From the IMG/VR virus record IMGVR_UViG_3300037400_003374, positions 9,664-73,663 of that record: a stretch of 64,000 nt of DNA. One strand, 5' to 3'. The stretch comes from a virus (lineage: Duplodnaviria > Caudoviricetes). Of the stretch, positions 34,485 to 43,275 are shown piece by piece (the stretch's first letter is position 1; every line of letters begins with the position of its first letter). Position numbers and translations under genes: made by a program. Below the pieces are notes generated by a model, which saw only the letters and a program-made list of their open reading frames with translations, made no database searches and was not told where the DNA came from.

Positions 34485-34937
34485 ATGATGAAACAGATTT
34501 GGTTTGACATGGATGGCACGATTGCAAACCTTTATGCAGTGGATGGATGGCTTGAAGATATTAGAGCAGAAAATACAAGGCCGTATAGCGAAGCAAAGCC
34601 TATGCTTAACTTCTCTCTGCTTGCTCGTTTACTGAATCAGGTACAGCGTGCAGGATGGGAAATCGGAATTGTAAGTTGGGGAGCAAAGAATAGCACAGAA
34701 GAATTTTTGAAAATGACTGGTTGCGCTAAGTTCTATTGGCTTCAGAATCATCTCCCCTCTGTAAATTGGAATCACATTTATATTGATTATTACGGTACAA
34801 ATAAATTTCAGCGTTGTGGCGGTGAAGGCATTCTGTTTGATGATGAAGCGCAGAATCGTGAAGCGTGGGAAAATGGCATGGCATACGAACCGATGGAAAT
34901 TATCAATGTCTTGAAGCGGTTAGCAAAAGGGGCTTGA
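34485..34937 (+). CDS. HAD-superfamily phosphatase (5'(3')-nucleotidase-like)
   Basis: WFDMDGT motif I and LFDD motif IV. Confidence 0.8.
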   Translation: MMKQIWFDMDGTIANLYAVDGWLEDIRAENTRPYSEAKPMLNFSLLARLLNQVQRAGWEIGIVSWGAKNSTEEFLKMTGCAKFYWLQNHLPSVNWNHIYIDYYGTNKFQRCGGEGILFDDEAQNREAWENGMAYEPMEIINVLKRLAKGA

Positions 34938-34973
34938 CAAGCCCCTTGCAATCAAAGAAAGGAGCATTGAAGT

Positions 34974-35165
34974 ATGAGGGTTGAAGATTTGGCAAAGGCA
35001 CTGTGGGTATTAGATAACGATAGCGCAAAACGGCATTGGACAGTAGAGAAAATTCAAGGCGGTTATATTCTTATGTCCGATCATACTCGCTTTACTGTAA
35101 AAGAATTAGCAAATAAATATGATGATAAGCATGAAACAGATAGTATAATTCCTGGCTTTAATTGA
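34974..35165 (+). CDS. Small hypothetical protein
   Basis: AGGAG RBS. Confidence 0.6.
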   Translation: MRVEDLAKALWVLDNDSAKRHWTVEKIQGGYILMSDHTRFTVKELANKYDDKHETDSIIPGFN

Positions 35166-35319
35166 CCAGATACGACAATGTCAAATCTGGTCGCCGGCAA
35201 ATTTTTCCTAAACAATTTTGTTTTATATATCCCATAACCTAATTTCATTCTGAATCGTTGAACAAAAATTTTTTTAAAAAGTGCTTGACATTTTCCTAAA
35301 ATGGATTATAATAGTAACT

Positions 35320-35420
35320 GTCAGAAGGGAAAGGGCTCCTTCTGATAGAACTTGGAACGGTAGGCAGAGTTTCCTCCCAACGTCGCCGCAAGCGTTGCCT
35401 TCCAAGTTCGCTCTACCTAA
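35320..35420 (+). ncRNA. Candidate structured RNA/leader
   Basis: Directly after a consensus promoter; stems TCAGAAGG/CCTTCTGA and GAACTTGGAA/TTCCAAGTTC with an internal GCAA-loop hairpin. Confidence 0.45.
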
Positions 35421-35439
35421 TTAAGAAGGAGAAAAGTAT

Positions 35440-35679
35440 ATGGAAAAGTATGTTTATGTTGTCACAATTGAAGATGAAGAAGGAATAACAATCTTTGGTG
35501 CTTATACTGATGCAGTATCTGCTACCAATACTGTATGGGCGCTTGCCTTTAATAGTCTGATTCAGGATATTGAAGAAGATTGTATAGGTACGCGATACAT
35601 TGTTATCAATGCTTTGGGTAATAAGGAATCATATTATGTCCAGAAAATTCCGCTAGATGACCAGTTCTGGACCCGATAA
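35440..35679 (+). CDS. Small acidic hypothetical protein
   Basis: AGGAG RBS. Confidence 0.65.
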   Translation: MEKYVYVVTIEDEEGITIFGAYTDAVSATNTVWALAFNSLIQDIEEDCIGTRYIVINALGNKESYYVQKIPLDDQFWTR

Positions 35680-35771
35680 CCCACCCCTTGCCGGCGGATT
35701 GTTAAAAATTTAACAAACTTTTTTTGAAAAAAGCGCTTGACAAAAACCCGAAAAGGAGTATAATCATACTT

Positions 35772-35865
35772 GTCAGAGGGACAAAGGATCACCTCTGGAA
35801 GTGCAAAGGGTAAGGGAATGATCCCCCAATTACACCGCAAGTGTCTTACCCTTTGGGCGACTCCC
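35772..35865 (+). ncRNA. Candidate gene-less structured RNA
   Basis: Between two promoters, no ORF; perfect 11-bp stem CAAAGGGTAAG/CTTACCCTTTG enclosing hairpins. Confidence 0.5.
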
Positions 35866-35966
35866 AAAAAAAATTTCAAAAACCTCTTGACATTCTAGTA
35901 CAAAAGTACTATAATGAATACACAACAGAGGAAGGAAAACCTCATCAAACCAGAAAGGCAACCCCT

Positions 35967-36287
35967 ATGAAAAAGTCCACTCTTCAGTCTCTCGTTTCCT
36001 ACCTGACCGAAAAGGGCGATGAGTCCATGCAGGAAGTCCTCGCAGAACTGACCGCAGAACTTGCAAAGGGACAGACCAAGGTTGATGCAACTCGGAAGGA
36101 ATATGATGAAATGCGTGAGCAGGTCATGGAAGTCCTCCGCTCTGCTACCCTTCCTGTTTCTGCGCAGGAGATCGCCGATGAGACTGGCCTTTCAAAGGGC
36201 AAGATCGTCTATGGTCTGACTCGGCTGTGGGCCGCAGATGTCGCAAAGACTGAGGGAAAGGTTAGCACCTACGCCCTCAAGGCCTAA
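35967..36287 (+). CDS. Coiled-coil + winged-HTH protein, family W copy 1
   Basis: SAQEIADETGLSKGKIVYGLTRLW...KTEGKVSTY; paralogs at 38121, 40019 and 41367. Confidence 0.8.
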   Translation: MKKSTLQSLVSYLTEKGDESMQEVLAELTAELAKGQTKVDATRKEYDEMREQVMEVLRSATLPVSAQEIADETGLSKGKIVYGLTRLWAADVAKTEGKVSTYALKA

Positions 36288-36296
36288 TTTCAAAAA

Positions 36297-36324
36297 GGAA
36301 CTCGCTTCGGCGAGTTCTTTTTTT
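36297..36324 (+). terminator. Intrinsic terminator
   Basis: GAACTCGC-TTCG-GCGAGTTC plus T7. Confidence 0.85.
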
Positions 36325-36439
36325 ATACAAGAGTTAGTTTCCTCTAACTCCGCCGGCGCAAAAAATTTTTTTAAAAACCCCTTGACAAGATAAGCATACT
36401 AGTGTATAATCTAACCATCAACTGAAGGAGGTCACCATT

Positions 36440-36589
36440 ATGGTAGACGTTTATCTGGTCTGGTATTACAACCTTAAACTCAGCGAAGAAGCACTTCTGT
36501 GGGGCATTTACACTACCAAGGAAAAGGCAGCCAAGGCGCTTGCTGATAGCGGCTTTACTGGTTGGATTAACCATGAAGTCGCGGAGTAA
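36440..36589 (+). CDS. 49-aa hypothetical protein (not in the ORF track)
   Basis: Promoter and GGAGG RBS; MVDVYLVWYY...HEVAE*. Confidence 0.65.
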   Translation: MVDVYLVWYYNLKLSEEALLWGIYTTKEKAAKALADSGFTGWINHEVAE

Positions 36590-36699
36590 TCTCCGCGGCT
36601 TCGGCCCCGCGCCGGCAAAAATTTTTTAAAAAAGTGCTTGACAACCATGTGAAAACATGCTATACTCTAGTCATCAACCAAAGAAAGGAAGTTATCAAG

Positions 36700-36897
36700 A
36701 TGACGAACTACACCATGACTGAAAAGGAAATTGCTACCCTTAAGGACGCTATCAAAGTCATCCATGAACTTGCAGATAAAGTTTATCCCGACTACTCTAA
36801 TCTTGATGAGCACTACGCCAACATCAAGATGCACGACATGACCTACAACCTCAAGTATCTTCTGGCCCAGTTCGGACAGGAAGGGGAGGCGGATTGA
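36700..36897 (+). CDS. Hypothetical protein, paralog of 30349-30543
   Basis: Paralogy; promoter and RBS. Confidence 0.8.
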   Translation: MTNYTMTEKEIATLKDAIKVIHELADKVYPDYSNLDEHYANIKMHDMTYNLKYLLAQFGQEGEAD

Positions 36898-37037
36898 GGG
36901 GCCTCCCTCCGTCCTTGCCGGCGGCCTGCCGGCGCCCCGCCAATTTCATTTTACCACAGAAAAAATATAAAAAAAGTGCTTGACAAAAGACGACAAAGGC
37001 ATTATAATGTACCTATCAAATGAAGGAGGCCACCGCT

Positions 37038-37550
37038 ATGAAGTCCAGTTACGAAGCACGCGCCATCAAGTTCGCACATGTACTTGCCAACATGTTTGAA
37101 GACTGCATTGACCTGTATGATTTTGAAAACGTGATTTATAACTACAATCTCACGCACTCCCGCAAGATCAAGTATGCTCATGGTGTGTCCCGTATTGCTA
37201 TCATCCGCGCTGACTATGTTATCAAGTTCAACATGTACCCCGAAGAAGACTTCGAAGATGGGCGCGCAGGAAACAACATGAGTGAAAGCGCAGTGTATGA
37301 AAGGGCAGTAAAGGCAGGAATGGCCCACCTTCTGGCAAAACCCACCATTATCAAGATTAACAATCAGGTTATTTCCATCATGCCCCGCATCAATGGTATT
37401 GATAACTGGGAGCGTGAATGGTATAACTATTGCACCGAAGAAGAAGCGGACTGGCTTGATGAAAATGTTTGCGACTTACATGAGGGCAACGTAGGATACC
37501 GCCACGGAAAAGTATGTGTGGTAGACTATGCTTGGGACAGGGACATGTAG
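37038..37550 (+). CDS. Minimal protein-kinase-like fold protein (ends TAG TAG)
   Basis: HGVSR loop, YVIK lysine, alphaC Glu (SESAVY), DLHEGN catalytic loop, DYA. Confidence 0.75.
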   Translation: MKSSYEARAIKFAHVLANMFEDCIDLYDFENVIYNYNLTHSRKIKYAHGVSRIAIIRADYVIKFNMYPEEDFEDGRAGNNMSESAVYERAVKAGMAHLLAKPTIIKINNQVISIMPRINGIDNWEREWYNYCTEEEADWLDENVCDLHEGNVGYRHGKVCVVDYAWDRDM

Positions 37551-37697
37551 TAGATAGGGGGAAACATTCCCCTATCTTACCAGATTGTACATGCCCGCAT
37601 GCCGGCACGTCTGCCGGCGCGAGATTGACAGAAATTTAACAATCTTTTTTCAAAAAAGTACTTGACAAAAAATCCATTATCCCTTATAATACTCAAT

Positions 37698-37811
37698 GTC
37701 AGGTGAGGGGAATAGCGCCTCCCTCACAAGAACCAGTGATTGAGGTGTGGCGACCCCAAGTAGACGAGGGTAACTCCTTGGAGAGGTAGAGTAGTCTTTC
37801 AGTCACTGGGA
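37698..37811 (+). ncRNA. Candidate gene-less multibranched RNA
   Basis: Between two promoters; GTGAGGGG/CTCCCTCAC hairpin, then an 11-bp CCAGTGATTGA/TCAGTCACTGG stem closing a junction. Confidence 0.5.
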
Positions 37812-37881
37812 CGAAAAAAATGCTTGACAAGCTGAGGAAATTATGCTATAATACTCACGTAATCAAGAGGAGGTGCAAGCT

Positions 37882-38019
37882 GTGAAATTCCTGAGCTGTG
37901 CATTAACCATGTGGGGTATTCTGTGGGGCATGTTCATCCCGCCCTTCCTGTGGTTGTCCGCTGTCGGTATCGTGCTCATGATGGTGACTTGTTTGTTTAT
38001 GGACGAGCAAACAAATTAA
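37882..38019 (+). CDS. 45-aa membrane peptide (two hydrophobic segments)
   Basis: GTG start, GGAGGTG RBS, own promoter. Confidence 0.6.
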   Translation: MKFLSCALTMWGILWGMFIPPFLWLSAVGIVLMMVTCLFMDEQTN

Positions 38020-38120
38020 AAAAATTTTCAAAAAACTCTTGACAAATCACAAAACATCATGTATAATACTTAATGTAAACAGGGGAAGGAAAACCCCACA
38101 AACCAGAAAGGAATTGCCCT

Positions 38121-38450
38121 ATGAAAACTTCTTCTTACGAAACTGTGTACGCTTTCCTGACCGCTAACGGATTTGAAGACGCCGAGATTCTCGCTGAGTT
38201 TGAGAAGGAAATTAACCGTAAGGCCGAAGTAAAGCAGGCCAAGGACACTCTGTACTCCGAAGCAAAAGCAATCGTGATGTCCGCTATTGAAGGCGCTTCC
38301 GCTACCATCGGTGAGATTTATGAAGCGGTTGAATCTGAACTCCCTGAGGGCTTCACCAAGGGCATGTTGCAGTACGCCATTACTCGCCTGTGGAAGGACG
38401 AACTTGTCAAGACTGAGGGCAAGGTCAATCGGTACTCTCGCAAGGTCTAA
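38121..38450 (+). CDS. Coiled-coil + winged-HTH protein, family W copy 2
   Basis: Paralogy; terminator at 38457-38480. Confidence 0.8.
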   Translation: MKTSSYETVYAFLTANGFEDAEILAEFEKEINRKAEVKQAKDTLYSEAKAIVMSAIEGASATIGEIYEAVESELPEGFTKGMLQYAITRLWKDELVKTEGKVNRYSRKV

Positions 38451-38601
38451 TCTCTAAGGCTCGCCTAGCGAGCCTTTTTTATGGCTATGAGTTAGTTGTG
38501 TCTAACTGCGCCGGCAAATTTTTTTTGAAAAAACTCTTGACATTTGTTTGAAAATCGATTATAATACCATTGTCACGAAGAGAAAGAAAGGTTGTGTAAA
38601 C

Positions 38602-38787
38602 ATGAAAGTTAAATTTACCGTTGCTGATTTGGATGCGCTTGAAGAAGTATACTATGAACTCGAAGGAACTATTCCCGCAAATACTACTCATGTTCCCAAA
38701 GAAGTAACATCCCGTATTATTGGCGAATTATGGCGCCGTATGGCAGAGCGTATTCAGAAGGAAGAAAAGAAAAAAGCGAGAGATTAA
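38602..38787 (+). CDS. Small hypothetical protein
   Basis: Promoter and RBS. Confidence 0.6.
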   Translation: MKVKFTVADLDALEEVYYELEGTIPANTTHVPKEVTSRIIGELWRRMAERIQKEEKKKARD

Positions 38788-38863
38788 AAAAACTCTTGAC
38801 AACTTCTACAAGATCGGTTATAATAGCATTGTTCCCAAGAGGAACAGAAAGGGAGTAAATAAA

Positions 38864-39037
38864 ATGGAAAAAACCTATACAGAGCAGGAAATCAAAGACT
38901 GGTTCAAAAGCATGATGAAAGAATACCCGAATAGCCAGATGAGTCAGCATCTGCAGTCGGTGTATGATGAAATGTTTGATCCCTTTTGGAAAAGAAATAA
39001 TTTGAAAACTTTTGTTGAAAAAAGGGTTGACAAGTAA
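38864..39037 (+). CDS. Small hypothetical protein
   Basis: Promoter, leader hairpin, GGGAG RBS. Confidence 0.6.
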   Translation: MEKTYTEQEIKDWFKSMMKEYPNSQMSQHLQSVYDEMFDPFWKRNNLKTFVEKRVDK

Positions 39038-39093
39038 ACAGACTGGTGCTATAATACAACTGTCCCAAAGGGAACAGAAAGGATGGATTGAAA

Positions 39094-39294
39094 ATGATTA
39101 CTAATTGGTATGAAATGGACGAATGGTCAGAAAATGAAATTATTAATACTGTTGCTAAGTATGTAAGAGGGATGGATGGAACGAAGTTAGACCAAAAAGA
39201 TAAACAGCAGATTAAGGAGCTTTATAAAAAGAATCCTCTCATGTTGCAGATTATTTGTTCCGCATTTCACTCTGAAGGCTATGATTCGTTTTAA
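39094..39294 (+). CDS. Small hypothetical protein
   Basis: Promoter, leader hairpin, RBS. Confidence 0.6.
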   Translation: MITNWYEMDEWSENEIINTVAKYVRGMDGTKLDQKDKQQIKELYKKNPLMLQIICSAFHSEGYDSF

Positions 39295-39312
39295 GGAAAG
39301 GATGAATATAAA

Positions 39313-39483
39313 ATGTGTACGCCACAGCAAAAAGAAAAACACGTTGAAATGATTAAGAAACTTAGCGATATTATTGCTAACTGCGATAATGATACCGAAT
39401 TTTTCATTCGTTTAATCTGGGCTAATGAATGGATTAGTGAGCAGTTAAAAAAATCTCTTGACAACTTCTATAAAATCAGCTAA
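39313..39483 (+). CDS. 56-aa hypothetical protein (not in the ORF track)
   Basis: AAAGGA RBS; MCTPQQKEKH... Confidence 0.5.
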   Translation: MCTPQQKEKHVEMIKKLSDIIANCDNDTEFFIRLIWANEWISEQLKKSLDNFYKIS

Positions 39484-39524
39484 AATGGTATTGTTCTCAA
39501 GAAGAACAGAAAGGATGAATTAAA

Positions 39525-39749
39525 ATGTTTTATGGTAACCATTTCCGCGGATTATGGAAATATGTTTGGTTTCGTTGCCTGATTACCTCTTTCGTTAATA
39601 CGGTTGCAAACTGGGCAACTCGCCACGGTATCCCTTTTTATGTTTCTACTTGGTATAATATTAACAATGGTTTTACTGCAGACAAGATTGAAACTATGAG
39701 TAAACAGTATCTTGAATGGGCAAGGCAGAATGAGAAAGAAGATGATTAA
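39525..39749 (+). CDS. Small hypothetical protein
   Basis: Promoter, leader hairpin, RBS. Confidence 0.6.
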   Translation: MFYGNHFRGLWKYVWFRCLITSFVNTVANWATRHGIPFYVSTWYNINNGFTADKIETMSKQYLEWARQNEKEDD

Positions 39750-40018
39750 AGTTGGTTAGTCGGCGCTAACCGCGCCGGCAAGGCGATCCGCCGGCAGGGT
39801 TAGTTATGACTAACTAACCCGAAAAAATTTTTTTATAAAATGCTTGACAACTTTTCAAAAATATACTATAATAAACATGTTCCAAGGGACGAGGTCAAGA
39901 AAATTCCAAACTGAAAAAAAAGTTTGAAAAAACTCTTGACAGACTTCCAAAACTATGCTATAATAAGCACGTAATCAAGGGAAGGAAAACCCTAACAAAC
40001 CAGAAAGGACACTAAATT

Positions 40019-40345
40019 ATGAAGAAGTCTACTTTTGAAGCTATCCGCACCGCTCTTACCAAACTGGGTTATGACAATGCCGAAGTCCTTGCCGAGCTGG
40101 ACAAGGAAATCAACAAAGGCGCTGATGTCAAGGCTAAGAATTCTGAGGTCTACGAGTCCTTCCACGACATTCTGATTGACAACCTCGCCACCTCTCCCGC
40201 AACTTGTGGCGAGATCTACGAGGCCATCAAGGACAACCTCCCTGAGGGTATCACCAAGGGCAAGGTTCAGTATGCTCTGACTCATCTGTGGCAGGATGAG
40301 ATTGTAAAGATTGAGGGCAAGCCTAATACCTACCGCAAGGCATAA
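40019..40345 (+). CDS. Coiled-coil + winged-HTH protein, family W copy 3
   Basis: Paralogy. Confidence 0.8.
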   Translation: MKKSTFEAIRTALTKLGYDNAEVLAELDKEINKGADVKAKNSEVYESFHDILIDNLATSPATCGEIYEAIKDNLPEGITKGKVQYALTHLWQDEIVKIEGKPNTYRKA

Positions 40346-40470
40346 GCCTTTCCTTCTTGGTGGCGAAAACTGACTCGCCTTAATTGATGCGTAAGCGCTC
40401 CGTATAGCCAAGAACCACGAGAGTTTCTGAAGGGCTTTCAGTGTGGCTAAACAACACAAGCCCTTTATAC

Positions 40471-40556
40471 GGGAATGAGGACGATCAGATAATTGTCAGG
40501 CCCCTCGTGGGTAAGCGCAAGGCGCCAAGTGGGTGCGACTCCCACCATTTCCACCA
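40471..40556 (+). ncRNA. tRNA-like RNA with Ala identity elements (G3.U70, A73, encoded CCA) and a degenerate anticodon arm
   Basis: 7-bp acceptor GGGAATG/CATTTCC; T-arm GTGGG-TGCGACT-CCCAC; 6-bp D-stem GACGAT/ATTGTC; variable stem GCGC/GCGC; followed by a terminator at 40557-40580. Confidence 0.7.
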
Positions 40557-40580
40557 ACCGCCTTCGGGCGGTTTTATTTT
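40557..40580 (+). terminator. Intrinsic terminator
   Basis: ACCGCC-TTCG-GGCGGT plus T-run. Confidence 0.85.
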
Positions 40581-40839
40581 CAAGGCGAGTTAGTCTCAAC
40601 TAACTCCGCCGGCGATGTTAGGCGTGACTAACTAAAAATTTTTTTCTCCAAACTATTGACAAAATTTCAAAACTATACTATAATACAATTGTTCCAAGGA
40701 ACGGGGACGGACTTAGGAAGGTGAGATGTTAAAGGTTGCCATGAAGTTTCTGTAGTCCCAGGAAATGGAGTGGCCAGGTTTCTGCGTGGCTTTCCCTGTT
40801 ACGGAAAAAGTCACGCCCATTATGAAAGGGGTAAAAATT

Positions 40840-41097
40840 ATGAGTAAAATTCTGGATGTAGAATGGCAGTCTTGGCATGAATTATCAGTGAATGTAGATG
40901 AAATTGTTGATGATTGTAAATATAGAATGGAAAAGTGGCATGTCCCTCTTGAAGAAGTAGTAGATATTGCAATTGAAGGTTATGTTTCTGGATTCGATGA
41001 TGCACTGTATTACAGTTGGAACGAGGATGCGCAGAAACAGGTAAGAGACGCCGTATTGCAGGCTTTCGGCGGTGTGCAGCTTAGCATGTTTGACTAA
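40840..41097 (+). CDS. Small acidic hypothetical protein
   Basis: Start corrected to MSKILDV; long structured leader at 40691-40820. Confidence 0.65.
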   Translation: MSKILDVEWQSWHELSVNVDEIVDDCKYRMEKWHVPLEEVVDIAIEGYVSGFDDALYYSWNEDAQKQVRDAVLQAFGGVQLSMFD

Positions 41098-41366
41098 GCT
41101 AACCGCCCGCCGGCATATTTCTGCCGGCGGGAGTTAGTTATAACTAAGTAATTAAAAAAAATTTTTTCCAAGTAGTTGACATTCAGTGAAAATTGAGTAT
41201 AATAGATACTGTCAGGAGGGAACAAGAGTCCCAATAAAAAAACTTTGAAAAAAAGTTTAAAAAAACTCTTGACAGACTTTCCAAAACCTGATATAATACA
41301 GATGTTCCCAAGGGAACGAACGAATGAGAAGGAAAACTCAGCTAAACCAGAAAGGAAGATACCTCT

Positions 41367-41699
41367 ATGAAAAAGTCTACTATGAATGCTATCCTGTCCC
41401 TCATCTCCACCATGGATTCTCCCGAAGCTGAAACTGTACGCAATGAGCTGACCGCTGAGCTGAACAGGGGAGCTGAAAAAGCTCAGGCAAATCGGGAGCT
41501 GTATGAGACCGCTTGGGATGCGGTTTATGGCGTGCTGGATGTCGAATATCCTGCTACTGTCGCTGAGATCTATGAAGCTGTAAAAGACTCTCTGCCCGCT
41601 GGTTTCACTAAGGCCAAGGTACAGTATGCGCTGGGACACTACTGGAACAAAGATGTCGTAAAGCATGAGGGCAAGGTTAACACCTACACTCGGGCTTAA
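41367..41699 (+). CDS. Coiled-coil + winged-HTH protein, family W copy 4
   Basis: Paralogy; terminator at about 41711-41733. Confidence 0.8.
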   Translation: MKKSTMNAILSLISTMDSPEAETVRNELTAELNRGAEKAQANRELYETAWDAVYGVLDVEYPATVAEIYEAVKDSLPAGFTKAKVQYALGHYWNKDVVKHEGKVNTYTRA

Positions 41700-41935
41700 T
41701 TTCAACCTCTTGCGCCCTTCGGGGCGCCTTTTTATGCGCGGAGTTAGCCACAACTAACTCTGCCGGCCCGCGGTTAGGCAAGTCTAACTTCAAAAATTTT
41801 TAAAAAAAAATGCTTGACAATTTCCAAAATTATGCTATAATAGACTCAAGAAGTTGAGGAACAGAAAAAAATTCCTCTTGACAACTTCTTAAAAACATGA
41901 TACAATTAGTTGAACTTAAGGAAAGGATTGATTTT

Positions 41936-42274
41936 ATGAATAAGTCTCAGCTTGAAACCATGTTGCGCAACGACTACCTCGACACCCTTCAGAAACTTCT
42001 TTCCGAAAAATATGACACCGATGTGTTGCCTGTTAGCGCCAACGAACTTGCTCTCCCTTGTGTTGACGCGGAGGGCAACGAAAAATGGATTGTGGTAAAG
42101 GTTTCTACCCCTCGTGGGACTCGTGATGGCAAGGGCGGTTATATCCCTTATGATGGGTATGCTCTTGCGGAAGAATACCAGATGGAGTGCGAAGACAAGG
42201 CACAGGAAAAGGCCGAAAAACAGGCCATGAAGGAAAAGGAAAAGGAAAGCAAGAAAAAGAAAAAGGCCGAATAA
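41936..42274 (+). CDS. Hypothetical protein with Lys/Glu-rich coiled-coil tail
   Basis: Resembles 45909-46307 and the N-terminal half of 49016-49507. Confidence 0.7.
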   Translation: MNKSQLETMLRNDYLDTLQKLLSEKYDTDVLPVSANELALPCVDAEGNEKWIVVKVSTPRGTRDGKGGYIPYDGYALAEEYQMECEDKAQEKAEKQAMKEKEKESKKKKKAE

Positions 42275-42338
42275 TTCGGCCTTGACTTTCTCTTCATTCT
42301 ATGCTATAATGGTCCACGTTGAAAGGAGCAATTTGATT

Positions 42339-43025
42339 ATGAAAGATTTGTACATGGTATTTGATACGGAAACTTGCAACACTCCCAAAATTGATGGGCA
42401 GCTTGATACCAGCGCGGGCCAGGTTTATGACTTTGGTTTTCAGATTGTAGACAATGAAGGGAATGTTTATGAGGAACATTCATACGTCAATGAAGATGTA
42501 TTCTTTGATCTTCCCGAAGCTATGCAAGAATCATTCTTTGCTGACAAAATCCCGCAGTACTTGGAAGGACTGCGCAACGGTTCCCATCAAATGGTTAACA
42601 CTTGGGATTTATACAGGATTGTCAGGAAAATGGTCGAGAAGTACGACATTAAAGCCTTCATTGCGCACAATGCGCGCTTTGACGTTGCAGTATTAAATGC
42701 AACACTGCGTTATCAAACTAAAAGCGTTCGGCGGTACTTCTTCCCTTATGGTATCCCCATTTGGGACACAATGAAGATGGCTAACGATACAATTTGTAAA
42801 CTGTCGTCATATAAACAGTTTTGTGAAGTCAATGGATATATGACCAAGCATAAAATTCCACAGGTGCGCAAAACAGCGGAAATTTTATGGCGCTTCCTTC
42901 AGAAAGATAATGACTTTGAAGAAAAGCATACGGGCCTTGAAGACGTAAAAATTGAGGCGCAGATTTTCGCGGAGTGCGTGCGGAGACATAAGAAAATGGA
43001 ACGCCTCGCAGACCTTGACAAATAA
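42339..43025 (+). CDS. DEDDh 3'-5' exonuclease, copy 1
   Basis: ExoI FDTET, ExoII AHNARFD, ExoIII HTGLED. Confidence 0.85.
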   Translation: MKDLYMVFDTETCNTPKIDGQLDTSAGQVYDFGFQIVDNEGNVYEEHSYVNEDVFFDLPEAMQESFFADKIPQYLEGLRNGSHQMVNTWDLYRIVRKMVEKYDIKAFIAHNARFDVAVLNATLRYQTKSVRRYFFPYGIPIWDTMKMANDTICKLSSYKQFCEVNGYMTKHKIPQVRKTAEILWRFLQKDNDFEEKHTGLEDVKIEAQIFAECVRRHKKMERLADLDK

Positions 43026-43116
43026 GGCCCCGCGGGGCCGGCAAAAATTTTTTTCAAAAACCTATTGACATTTTTTCCAAGTTATACTATAATTAACAAT
43101 GTCAGGAGGGATATGA

Positions 43117-43275
43117 ATGAAACGAGCACTGTATAAGCGTTATGATGAACTCTCTGCTTGGGATTTAAACAAAGGTTGCAGACATATTGTAAATCAGCAT
43201 ACTCCCGCAAGGCGCAGACTGAAAAAGGTATTGCGCAAGCAGGCACGTGCACGACTGAAAGGAGCGATATTATGA
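43117..43275 (+). CDS. 52-aa basic peptide (not in the ORF track)
   Basis: GGAGG RBS; stop overlaps the next start. Confidence 0.5.
   Translation: MKRALYKRYDELSAWDLNKGCRHIVNQHTPARRRLKKVLRKQARARLKGAIL

Noticed and set aside
40471-40556. Canonical tRNA-Ala, amber suppressor tRNA, or full tmRNA
   Set aside because: There is no 7-nt anticodon loop, no CUA/UGC anticodon, and no mRNA-like domain between the acceptor strands. It is kept only as a tRNA-like RNA.
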